From IMG/VR virus record IMGVR_UViG_3300032249_000542, positions 105,778 through 169,777 of that record: a stretch of 64,000 bases of DNA, one strand, 5' to 3'. Within the stretch, counting starts at the first letter, position 1; the number at the start of each line of letters is the position of its first letter. Shown piece after piece: positions 1 through 8,911 of the stretch. The position numbers were made by a program, and so were the translations under genes. Source of the stretch: a virus. Under the pieces are notes generated by a model. That model made no database searches and was not told where the DNA came from. It worked only from the letters and a program-made list of their open reading frames with translations.

Positions 1-1185
1 ATAAACTTTACGGCTACAGTAATTGGTAATGGTTCTCCTATTGCAGATGCAACGGCAGGAGATTATGCAAATTCATCATTCATAAAAGCGAATAGTGCAT
101 ATACAAGTCAGAATACAACTGGAACATATGCTAATGCTTCATACGCACAAGCAAACTCAGCGGCACTTTATGCTAACGGTGCGTTTATAAAAGCTAATTC
201 TGCAGCACAATATGGTTCAAACACTAGTACCACATCGGCACTTGCATTACCTTATGGAACAACTGCGGAACGTCCAGCAAGTCCTCAAGTTGGAATGCTC
301 AGATACAACTCATCATTGAGTAGAGTAGAAGCATATCTTTCTGCAACTGGATGGGCAAGTGTTATTGCCGACACATATCAAATAGACTATTTGGTTGTTG
401 GTGGTGGAGGTGGAGGAGGTTCTCGTCACGGAGGCGGTGGCGGTGCAGGTGGATTTAGAGCTGTTACAGGATTTCTTGTAACTGGAGGAACTGCATATCC
501 CGTTACTGTTGGTGCAGGTGGTCCGGGAAATAGTGATGCTGGAACTGCAACTGTTGGTACAAGCGGTAGTGATTCTGTTTTCTCAACTGTAACATCACTT
601 GGTGGAGGTGCAGGTGGAGGAAACGCTGCTCCAGGTGGTTTGGTTGGTGGTTCAGGAGGTGGTGGTGGAGCAGGTAGTCCTGCTGGAGCTGCAACAGCAA
701 TAACTCCAGTTTTTGGAGAAACTACAACTGTACAGGGTTATGCTGGTGGAAGTGGTGCAAGTCCGTTTAATCAAGATTATCTTGGTGGCGGTGGTGGTGG
801 TGCAGGTGGAGTTGGACAAGTTGCCAATGGCGGAAAAGCAGGTGGTGCTGGTGCAACATCAGCAATAACTGGTTCAACTGTAACTTACGCTTGCGGTGGT
901 GGTGGTGGTGCGTTCCAAGGACTGGGTGCTGGCGGTCCTGGTGGAGATGGTGGATCCAGTAACGTAAACGGCGGTAGAGGTCAAGGTAACAATGCAGGTA
1001 GTAACGGTACAGCATATACTGGAACTGGTGGAGGCGGTGGTGGTTCTACGGGAGGATTCAATGGTGGATCAGGAGTAGTTATTATTCGTTACACAGGATC
1101 ACAAAAAGGTTCAGGCGGTACTGTAACGTCATCGGGTGGTTATACGATACACACGTTTACAGGCACAGGAACATTCACAGCATAA
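1..1185 (+). CDS. Gly-rich tail fibre/virion structural protein (5' partial)
   Basis: Frame is open from base 1 (INFTATVIGNG...YANSSFIKANSAY...LPYGTTAERPASPQVGMLRYNS), so the ORF-track start at 295 is internal; ANSA repeats, PxGTTAERP motif, Gly-rich C-terminal domain ending YTIHTFTGTGTF. Confidence 0.7.
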   Translation: MNFTATVIGNGSPIADATAGDYANSSFIKANSAYTSQNTTGTYANASYAQANSAALYANGAFIKANSAAQYGSNTSTTSALALPYGTTAERPASPQVGMLRYNSSLSRVEAYLSATGWASVIADTYQIDYLVVGGGGGGGSRHGGGGGAGGFRAVTGFLVTGGTAYPVTVGAGGPGNSDAGTATVGTSGSDSVFSTVTSLGGGAGGGNAAPGGLVGGSGGGGGAGSPAGAATAITPVFGETTTVQGYAGGSGASPFNQDYLGGGGGGAGGVGQVANGGKAGGAGATSAITGSTVTYACGGGGGAFQGLGAGGPGGDGGSSNVNGGRGQGNNAGSNGTAYTGTGGGGGGSTGGFNGGSGVVIIRYTGSQKGSGGTVTSSGGYTIHTFTGTGTFTA

Positions 1186-1188
1186 ATA
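1181..1188 (+). promoter_or_regulatory. T4-type late promoter (CATAAATA)
   Basis: Near match to the gp55 consensus TATAAATA just upstream of gp13. Confidence 0.55.
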
Positions 1189-1195
1189 GACGACT

Positions 1196-2149
1196 ATGGC
1201 AAAACCAAGCAACCGCACAGATTTTAAAGATTACTGTTTAAGAAAACTAGGTTTTCCAGTAATTCAAATTAACGTAGATGACGATCAAGTAGAAGATCGC
1301 ATTGACGAAGCACTTCAATTCTGGAATGACTATCACTATGATGGTACAGAAAAGACTTACTTCAAACATCGTATTCAACAGGCAGACATTGACCGTGGAT
1401 GGATTTACTGTCCAGATTCGGTTACATTCGTAACTGGTGTTATCCCTTTTGATGAATCTAATTCGTCAATCAATATGTTTGACCTTCGTTATCAATTACG
1501 TCTGCATGACCTCTATGACTTCACATCGGTATCGTATGTGTCATATGAAATTACAATGCAACACATTCGTACATTAAATCTATTATTTTCTGGTACTCCA
1601 CAATTTAGATTTAATCGTCATCAAAATAGATTACACTTAGACATCGACTGGACAAGAGACTTACAAGTTGGTCAGTATGTTGTTATGGAATGTTATCGTA
1701 GAATGAGTGCTGATGTAACAACATTAACTGGTACAGCAACCGCCAATACTACATCAAATTTTGTAATAGGTACAGGTACATATTTTGATAAAGAAATATT
1801 AGAAAAAGATTTTGTTACTATTGGTACAGAAACAAAACAAATTATTACAATTATTTCTCCAACACAAATGATAGTGGATAGTCCATATAGTTCTAACACA
1901 AGTGGACTAACAATTGTTAAAGAAGGCGATACCGATGTTTGGAATGACCGTTTTCTAAAAAGATATGCGACTGCATTAATCAAACGTCAATGGGGAAACA
2001 ATCTTAAAAAGTTTGGTGGAATACAAATGCCTGGTGGAGTTGTATTAAATGGTAAAGAAATATACGACGAAGCTGAAGAAGAAATAGAAAAGTTAGAGGA
2101 AGATTTAATTAGTACAAATGTGTTACCAGGTGACATGTTTGTAGGATAA
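1196..2149 (+). CDS. gp13: Neck protein gp13
   Basis: YCLRKLGFPVIQINVDDDQVEDRIDEAL; KRQWGNNLKKFGGIQMPGGVVLNG; T4 synteny. Confidence 0.93.
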   Translation: MAKPSNRTDFKDYCLRKLGFPVIQINVDDDQVEDRIDEALQFWNDYHYDGTEKTYFKHRIQQADIDRGWIYCPDSVTFVTGVIPFDESNSSINMFDLRYQLRLHDLYDFTSVSYVSYEITMQHIRTLNLLFSGTPQFRFNRHQNRLHLDIDWTRDLQVGQYVVMECYRRMSADVTTLTGTATANTTSNFVIGTGTYFDKEILEKDFVTIGTETKQIITIISPTQMIVDSPYSSNTSGLTIVKEGDTDVWNDRFLKRYATALIKRQWGNNLKKFGGIQMPGGVVLNGKEIYDEAEEEIEKLEEDLISTNVLPGDMFVG

Positions 2150-2155
2150 TGACGA

Positions 2156-3067
2156 ATGTCAACTAATTTTTATTTTAATAATTTTCCTAAAGATCACATA
2201 ACCGAAGAACAACTTTTAGTTGAAGATTTGGTTATTGAGGCAATGCAAATCTATGGCATGGATGTTTTTTATCTTCCAAGAACTAGTCGTGATGTAGTAG
2301 ATACAATCTATGGTGAGGACACATTAAAACAATACATTAATGCCTACCCAATTGAAATGTATCTTGAGAATGTTACGGGTATGGAAGGTGAAGGAGACTT
2401 CATGTCCAAGTTTGGTCTTGAGATTCGTGATGAGATGACCTTACTTGTTTCACGCCGCAGATTTAAATACTCAACAGGTGCATCTAATCTAATTCGTCCA
2501 CGTGAAGGTGATTTAGTTTATGTACCTTTATTACAAAACTTTTTTGAAATAACTTTTGTCGAACATGAAAACGATCAGGCAATGTTCTATACGTTAGGAC
2601 GTGGTCGTGGTGGTAATGTTTATGTGTATGCATTGAAGTTGAAACAGTTTGTATTCTCAGATGAAGTTGTTGATACTGGAGTTACAGAAGTTGATGAACA
2701 AGTGTTTGATTTGTATAGAAGAACGAATGTTCCTTATGCTGAAACTGGTAATAATATTAGATACTTGTTAAATGAAATTGTTTATCAGGGAAGTAGTCTT
2801 GCAAATGCAAATGCACAGGGTATAGTTCATTCAGTTAATACTACAGGTAACAATTATTTGGATCTTGTTCGTGTTCAAGGAAACTTTGCAAACGGAACTA
2901 TTATAATTGGTGCGACAAGTAATGCACGTTACTTAATGCTTGGAACTATAGACGACATGACACCATTTGATACACAAACAGAAGATTTGATTGATAACAA
3001 TGCTATTGAGTTTGAATCAGATGACATCATCGATTTTACTGAAGTTAATCCATTTGGTGAACCATAA
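2156..3067 (+). CDS. gp14: Neck protein gp14
   Basis: EQLLVEDLVIEAMQIYG, SKFGLEIRDE, RPREGDL, C-terminal DFTEVNPFG; synteny. Confidence 0.93.
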   Translation: MSTNFYFNNFPKDHITEEQLLVEDLVIEAMQIYGMDVFYLPRTSRDVVDTIYGEDTLKQYINAYPIEMYLENVTGMEGEGDFMSKFGLEIRDEMTLLVSRRRFKYSTGASNLIRPREGDLVYVPLLQNFFEITFVEHENDQAMFYTLGRGRGGNVYVYALKLKQFVFSDEVVDTGVTEVDEQVFDLYRRTNVPYAETGNNIRYLLNEIVYQGSSLANANAQGIVHSVNTTGNNYLDLVRVQGNFANGTIIIGATSNARYLMLGTIDDMTPFDTQTEDLIDNNAIEFESDDIIDFTEVNPFGEP

Positions 3068-3840
3068 TGTTAGGTAATGCACACTTTTACAATCGTACCA
3101 TTCGCAAAATTGTTATTGCAATGGGTACAGTTCTAAACGACATTCAATTAGTAAGATATACTAAGGATGGACTGACGGCAAAAGAAAAGTTTAAAGTACC
3201 TTTGTCGTATGGTGCCAAAGAGAAGTACATTGTTCGTATTAATTCAGATCCAACATTAACTAAATCAGTTGCTGTTGTAGTACCACGTATTTCATTTGAA
3301 CTTACTGGTATGAGTTACGATTCATCACGCAAACAACAAACAACATTGATGAATTGTTCTACTGGCACTAATACAACTTCAAAGACACAATATTTGCCAG
3401 TACCATATGACTTTACGTTTGACGCTGCAATCTATGTGCGTAATACCGAAGATGGTACACAAATATTAGAACAGATTCTTCCATTCTTTACACCAGACTT
3501 TACTGTAACAGCAAAGTTGGTACCTAGTTTAAATCGTTCATATGACTTACCTATTATTCTAAATTCAGTTTCAAATGAAGTAGATTATGAAGGAGACTTT
3601 ATGACTACTCGTTTAATTATTTGGAACTTGACATTTACAGTTAAAGGTTACATATTCCCAGGAGTAAAAGACTCCAAGATTATTCGTGGTGCAAATACAC
3701 GTATTGTTGATCTTGCAAACACATCACAAGTTTACGTGAAAATTAATTCACAACCTAATCCTGCAAACACCGCTCCTGGTACTCCGGATGATGAGTTTGG
3801 ATTTGCTGAAATTATAACTGAGGCTCCGTATGCATCATGA
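3067..3840 (+). CDS. gp15: Tail sheath stabiliser/completion protein gp15
   Basis: HFYNRTIRK, VPLSYG, PRISFE, QILEQILPFFTP; synteny. Confidence 0.93.
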   Translation: MLGNAHFYNRTIRKIVIAMGTVLNDIQLVRYTKDGLTAKEKFKVPLSYGAKEKYIVRINSDPTLTKSVAVVVPRISFELTGMSYDSSRKQQTTLMNCSTGTNTTSKTQYLPVPYDFTFDAAIYVRNTEDGTQILEQILPFFTPDFTVTAKLVPSLNRSYDLPIILNSVSNEVDYEGDFMTTRLIIWNLTFTVKGYIFPGVKDSKIIRGANTRIVDLANTSQVYVKINSQPNPANTAPGTPDDEFGFAEIITEAPYAS

Positions 3841-4241
3841 AAAAACTAGACCAAAACTTATCTGATGTTTTTGACATTGAACCACTAGATTCGGTCCAAG
3901 TAAGTCAAGAAATTGTTGCAATAAATAATCCAGTAGTTACAGATGATGCAGACTTTGCCAGAACAAATATTAGGGAACTAATTAATACTGGTAACTTTGC
4001 ATTGAATAATCTTTTAACTGTTGCAAAAGAATCAGAAGCACCTAGGGCATATGAAGTTGCGGCAACTTTAATTAAGAATCTCTCAGACCTGAATAAAGAT
4101 TTGATGGAGATTCAAAAACGCAAACAAGACTTGACAGGTGAGAGTACAAAGAATAAAAATATAAATGTAGACAAGGCAGTCTTTGTTGGTTCTACTACCG
4201 AATTAGTTAAATTTTTAAAAAATAATAAACAGGAAACCTAA
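3837..4241 (+). CDS. gp16: Terminase small subunit gp16
   Basis: PRAYEVAATLIK and VFVGSTTEL motifs. Confidence 0.92.
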   Translation: MKKLDQNLSDVFDIEPLDSVQVSQEIVAINNPVVTDDADFARTNIRELINTGNFALNNLLTVAKESEAPRAYEVAATLIKNLSDLNKDLMEIQKRKQDLTGESTKNKNINVDKAVFVGSTTELVKFLKNNKQET

Positions 4242-4678
4242 TGGAAACATTAATTCAACAATTACGTACTATCCTAGGTACAAATTTTGGTTTGTATTTT
4301 AAAGCACATTCATATCATTGGAATGTTGAAGGACCACACTTTAGCGACTATCATGTATTTTTAGGAGCGTTATATAATGCAGTTTTCGCAAATACAGATT
4401 TGATTGCAGAAAAACTTCGTATGTTAGGTGTTTATGCACCTCCTTCATTGGCACGTATGTTAGAAAACTGTGATATAAGTACAGATGCAGTTACAATTCC
4501 AGATGCACGTATGATGTTTATGGAATTAAAAATAGACAACGACAGATTAATAACACATCTTCGTGCAGGTATTGCTGCAGCAGAAGGTGCAAACGAACCT
4601 GCGATTGGTAACTTTTTACAAGACCTTTTGGATCAACATCAAAAACATGCATGGATGATTAGTAGTATTATAAAATAA
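4241..4678 (+). CDS. dps: Dps/ferritin-like protein
   Basis: HSYHWNVEGPHFSDYH...DLIAEKLRMLG...HQKHAWMI ferritin/Dps signature. Confidence 0.88.
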   Translation: METLIQQLRTILGTNFGLYFKAHSYHWNVEGPHFSDYHVFLGALYNAVFANTDLIAEKLRMLGVYAPPSLARMLENCDISTDAVTIPDARMMFMELKIDNDRLITHLRAGIAAAEGANEPAIGNFLQDLLDQHQKHAWMISSIIK

Positions 4679-6309
4679 TGAATGACGGATATCTTGGTAA
4701 TGAACGATTAAAACGTGTAGGGATAGAGTTATCCTATACCGAAGAGCAAGTATCAGAAATTTTAAAATGTACTGAAGATCCAGTATACTTTATTAAGACC
4801 TATGTCAAAATTGTAAACGTAGACCACGGACTTGTTCCATTTAATATGTGGAACTTTCAAGAGGACATGGTTCGTGACTTTCACAGCAATCGTTTCTGCA
4901 TCGCAAAGATGCCACGACAAGTTGGTAAGACAACAACTACAGTCGGATATATGTTATGGTGTGTACTTTTTCAAGAAGAATATACAGTAGGTATCCTTGC
5001 AAACAAAGGACAACTTGCACAAGATATTCTTGGAAAGATACAGAAGGCATATGAATATCTTCCTATCTGGTTGCAACAAGGTATCATTACTTGGAACAAA
5101 CGATCACTAGAACTTGAAAATGGTTCTAAGATATTTGCGTATGCAACATCAGCTGCAGGTGTTCGTGGTGGTACGTACAACTTAATCTTTCTTGATGAGT
5201 TTGCATTCGTTCCACATAACATGGCAACTGAATTCTTTACATCAACATATCCTGTTATCTCGTCTGGTAAAACGTCTAAAGTAATTATTGTTTCTACTCC
5301 TAACGGATTGAATCTATTCTACAAGATGTGGAAAGATGCGACAGAAGGACGTTCAAACTATAAGACGCTTGAAGTCCATTGGTCACAAGTTCCAGGGAGA
5401 GACTTTTTATGGAAAGAAGAAACGATACGGAACACTTCTGAAGAACAGTTCCGACAAGAATTTGAAACAGAGTTTATTGGTTCAACGGCAACTCTTATCT
5501 CTGGTTCTAAACTTAAAACTCTGGCTTATTCAAATCCAGTTGAAAGTCAAGAAGGTCTGGATATCTTTGTTAGACCACAACCTGGGCGAATGTATATTGC
5601 ATGTGTTGATCCATCCGAAGGTGTGGAACAAGATTATTCAACGATTAACGTATTAGATGTAACGGAGTCACCCTATGTACAAGTTGCAAAGTATCGCAGC
5701 AACAAAATACCACTACTATTTCTTCCTACAATCATCTACTCCTTGGCGAAAAAGTATAATGAAGCGTTTGTATTAATTGAGACAAACAGTATTGGTAAAC
5801 AAGTTGTAGATATTATGCATTACGATTTGGAATATGAGAACATTTATAAAGTAGAACATCATCACATCAAAGGTCAAAGTATCTCTGGTGGATTTAAACG
5901 TGCCGCATCATTTGGTGTTCGTACAACTAAATCAGTTAAAAAGATTGGTTGTGCCAACTTAAAGACACTAGTGGAAAACGATAAGTTGATTATTCATGAC
6001 TTTGACACTATTGCGGAAATGAATACTTTCTCTCGATATCTGGATACTTATCGAGCAGAAGAAGGAAATAATGATGACTTAGTTATGGGCCTAGTTTTAT
6101 TTTCATGGTTGGCAGCACAAAGTTACTTCCGTGAATCAACGAACATAGATGTTAGAAAGATTATGTTAGAAGAAAATAACATGTTAGTAGATGAAGATTT
6201 GACACCTGTTGGCATCATAGACAACGGTTTACAACCCGAAGAATATGACGATGGACAGGACAAATGGCGTTATGCTGAAAAATTGGGGTATCCAACATCA
6301 AGTTTATAA
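4678..6309 (+). CDS. gp17: Terminase large subunit gp17
   Basis: Walker A PRQVGKTT, Walker B IFLDEFAF, VSTPNG, nuclease DDLVM. Confidence 0.97.
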   Translation: MNDGYLGNERLKRVGIELSYTEEQVSEILKCTEDPVYFIKTYVKIVNVDHGLVPFNMWNFQEDMVRDFHSNRFCIAKMPRQVGKTTTTVGYMLWCVLFQEEYTVGILANKGQLAQDILGKIQKAYEYLPIWLQQGIITWNKRSLELENGSKIFAYATSAAGVRGGTYNLIFLDEFAFVPHNMATEFFTSTYPVISSGKTSKVIIVSTPNGLNLFYKMWKDATEGRSNYKTLEVHWSQVPGRDFLWKEETIRNTSEEQFRQEFETEFIGSTATLISGSKLKTLAYSNPVESQEGLDIFVRPQPGRMYIACVDPSEGVEQDYSTINVLDVTESPYVQVAKYRSNKIPLLFLPTIIYSLAKKYNEAFVLIETNSIGKQVVDIMHYDLEYENIYKVEHHHIKGQSISGGFKRAASFGVRTTKSVKKIGCANLKTLVENDKLIIHDFDTIAEMNTFSRYLDTYRAEEGNNDDLVMGLVLFSWLAAQSYFRESTNIDVRKIMLEENNMLVDEDLTPVGIIDNGLQPEEYDDGQDKWRYAEKLGYPTSSL

Positions 6310-6312
6310 AAC

Positions 6313-6320
6313 ACTAAATA
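6313..6320 (+). promoter_or_regulatory. Late promoter (ACTAAATA)
   Basis: Intergenic TAAATA core upstream of gp18. Confidence 0.55.
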
Positions 6321-6365
6321 GACGATAAAGAAAAAATTTGATCCCTCAACTAAAGGAGAAATCCA

Positions 6366-8282
6366 ATGGCATTTAGAAATCCGCAGTCTGTTCAACTTTC
6401 AGCCGGCGTAAGCGTATCAGAAGTTGATCTGACTACTGTTATACCGTCTACTAGTACCTCTATTGGTGCTTTTGCCGGTCCGTTTTCTTGGGGCCCAGTT
6501 AATGAAGTGATTACTATATCTGATGAAACTCGTCTTGCTGATCGTTTCGGTACTCCAACGTCCAGCAACTATGAATACTGGTTCTCTGCAGCAAACTTTT
6601 TAGCATACTCGAACTCATTACGTGTTGTTCGTTCTGCAAATACAACATCAACACTCAACGCTAGTGCAAATGGCGCAGGTATACTTATTGAGAATGACAC
6701 AGACTATGACTTAAATCATTCCACAGCAAATACACAAAACGGTCCATTTACTGCAAAATACGCAGGAGAGATTGGAAATTCATTAAAGATTTCTATCTGT
6801 CCTACTGCTGCTGCGTTTTCATCTAATCTAACATCAACAACAGGAGTAACATGTAACGCTACTTCTGCTGGAGCAACAACGATTGGTGTTACTGGTTCAG
6901 CAACAGCTAATCTAATAGTGGGAACTCTAATTTCTTTTGACGGTGGAACATCTTATGTTCGTGTTGCTAACCTAACTGCTAACTCAATTGGTATAGGTTC
7001 AGCAGTCGGAACAGGTGGTATTGTTGTAGGTGCTCCACTTCTACGTAAGTGGGAATATGCAGATAACTTTGGTATTGCTCCAGGAACATCTGACTATGCT
7101 ACTTCAGTTGGTGGACTTAATGACGAAATGCACGTTATTGTTATTGACGAAGATGGTAAGTTTACTGGTGCAGCAAATACGATTGTAGAAAAATGGGCAT
7201 TTGTATCTAAGGCATCTGATGCTAAATCAGCTGATGGTTCATCAAACTACTATAAAAATGTTATCAACGATAAATCAAGATATGTTTGGTGGTCAGGACA
7301 TCAACCAGGTGGTACTAATTGGGGTACTGCTGCTGCAGGTTTAACATTCACACAAATTAATACCAACTTTACAGCATCCCTATCTGCTGGTGCAGATGGC
7401 ACAATCGGTAATGCAGATATTATTGCAGGTTATAATAAGTTTGCAAATCCTGATTCAGTAGATATTGGTCTAGTTATTTCTGGCCCAGGTAATCAAACAA
7501 CAGTTACAAGCATGATTTCTTTAGTAGAAAATCGAGGAGATGCTGTATTATTCATCTCTCCAAATAAAGCAAATGCTGTAGACAACGCAGGAGATGAGGT
7601 AACTGATATTGTTGCATATCGTGACAATCTAGCTTCATCATCATATGTTGTTATGGACTCTGCATGGAAATATCAGTACGATAAGTATAATGACGTATAT
7701 CGTTGGGTACCATTAAATGGTGACATCGCAGGTCTATGTGCTCGTACAGATTTAGAACGTGATCCTTGGTATTCTCCAGGTGGTTTCTCACGTGGTCAGA
7801 TCCGTAACAGTATCAAACTAGCATGGAATCCAACACAAACAGAACGTGATGATTTATATATTAAAGGTATAAATCCAGTTGTTACTTTCCCAGGTGAAGG
7901 TACAGTTCTATTTGGCGATAAGACTATGTTAAGTAAGCCTTCGGCGTTTGATCGTATCAATGTTCGTAGACTATTCATTACACTAGAAAAAACTATTGCC
8001 CGTGCTTCAAGATCGTCATTGTTTGAATTCAATGACCAGTTTACAAGAGCTCAATTTGTTTCTATCGTAGAACCATTCTTGCGTGATGTGCAAGGTCGTC
8101 GTGGTATTACAGACTTCCGTGTAGTTTGTGACGAAACAAATAACACCGCAGAAGTAATTGATCGTAACGAATTCCGTGGTGATATCTATATCAAACCGGC
8201 ACGTTCAATTAACTTTATCCAACTAAACTTTGTTGCGGTTCGTACAGGCGTAAGCTTTGAAGAAATCGTTGGCAGATTCTAA
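6366..8282 (+). CDS. gp18: Tail sheath protein gp18
   Basis: GVSVSEVDLT, YDKYNDVYRWVPLNGDIAGLCART, SAFDRINVRRLF, IKPARSINFI. Confidence 0.97.
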   Translation: MAFRNPQSVQLSAGVSVSEVDLTTVIPSTSTSIGAFAGPFSWGPVNEVITISDETRLADRFGTPTSSNYEYWFSAANFLAYSNSLRVVRSANTTSTLNASANGAGILIENDTDYDLNHSTANTQNGPFTAKYAGEIGNSLKISICPTAAAFSSNLTSTTGVTCNATSAGATTIGVTGSATANLIVGTLISFDGGTSYVRVANLTANSIGIGSAVGTGGIVVGAPLLRKWEYADNFGIAPGTSDYATSVGGLNDEMHVIVIDEDGKFTGAANTIVEKWAFVSKASDAKSADGSSNYYKNVINDKSRYVWWSGHQPGGTNWGTAAAGLTFTQINTNFTASLSAGADGTIGNADIIAGYNKFANPDSVDIGLVISGPGNQTTVTSMISLVENRGDAVLFISPNKANAVDNAGDEVTDIVAYRDNLASSSYVVMDSAWKYQYDKYNDVYRWVPLNGDIAGLCARTDLERDPWYSPGGFSRGQIRNSIKLAWNPTQTERDDLYIKGINPVVTFPGEGTVLFGDKTMLSKPSAFDRINVRRLFITLEKTIARASRSSLFEFNDQFTRAQFVSIVEPFLRDVQGRRGITDFRVVCDETNNTAEVIDRNEFRGDIYIKPARSINFIQLNFVAVRTGVSFEEIVGRF

Positions 8283-8288
8283 TAAATA
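8281..8288 (+). promoter_or_regulatory. Late promoter (AATAAATA)
   Basis: TAAATA core upstream of the gp19 RBS (CAGGAG). Confidence 0.55.
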
Positions 8289-8308
8289 AGAGAAACAGGA
8301 GAAACTAA

Positions 8309-8854
8309 ATGGCATTTTCAGTAAATGAATTCCGCTCTCAAATGCAAGGGGACGGAGCACGTCCTAATCTATTTGAAGTCGCTATGCCCTTCCCAACTTT
8401 TTCATTACCAGCGAACGCACAAACTAAATTAACTTTTATGTGCAAGACGGCGCAGTTACCAGGTTCCACTATTGGTACTGTGCCTGTTCAATATTTTGGA
8501 CGTGAATTAAAGTTTGCAGGTAATAGAAGCTTTGCAGATTGGACAATTTCTATCATCAATGATGAAGATTTTGTTATTCGTAACGCATTCGAAAGATGGA
8601 TGAATGGAATTAACAGTCACAACTTAAACGTAAGAAACCCAGCAGCACTTTTGTTAAGTTCTTACACAGTTGATGCTGATGTTAAACAGTTTGGTAAACG
8701 TGGTAACGAATTAAAGAAATATAAATTCATCGGTGCTTTCCCAACAGATGTATCACCAATCGACGTTGATTGGGGTTCAAATGATGCAATTGAAGAATTT
8801 ACAGTAACTCTATCATATCAATGGTGGGAATCCATTGAAGATGGCGTGGTCTAA
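8309..8854 (+). CDS. gp19: Tail tube protein gp19
   Basis: GARPNLFEV, CKTAQLPGS, AGNRSFADWTI, IEEFTVTL. Confidence 0.96.
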   Translation: MAFSVNEFRSQMQGDGARPNLFEVAMPFPTFSLPANAQTKLTFMCKTAQLPGSTIGTVPVQYFGRELKFAGNRSFADWTISIINDEDFVIRNAFERWMNGINSHNLNVRNPAALLLSSYTVDADVKQFGKRGNELKKYKFIGAFPTDVSPIDVDWGSNDAIEEFTVTLSYQWWESIEDGVV

Positions 8855-8856
8855 AA

Positions 8857-8890
8857 GGGAGTAGGGGATTTTCCCCTATTCTCTCTTTTT
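8857..8890 (+). terminator. Intrinsic terminator after gp19
   Basis: GGGAGTAGGGGA-TTT-TCCCCTATTCTC stem followed by a T-rich tract. Confidence 0.75.
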
Positions 8891-8911
8891 ATAGAATGAG
8901 AGGTACCTAAA

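Noticed and set aside
400-1140. GGT/GGA-rich repeats resembling a tandem repeat or array
   Set aside because: Explained by poly-Gly coding; no repeat-spacer structure, so not CRISPR
5336-5656. 106-aa +1 ORF inside gp17
   Set aside because: No convincing RBS; the second half has the L/Q/V-rich composition of a frame shadow
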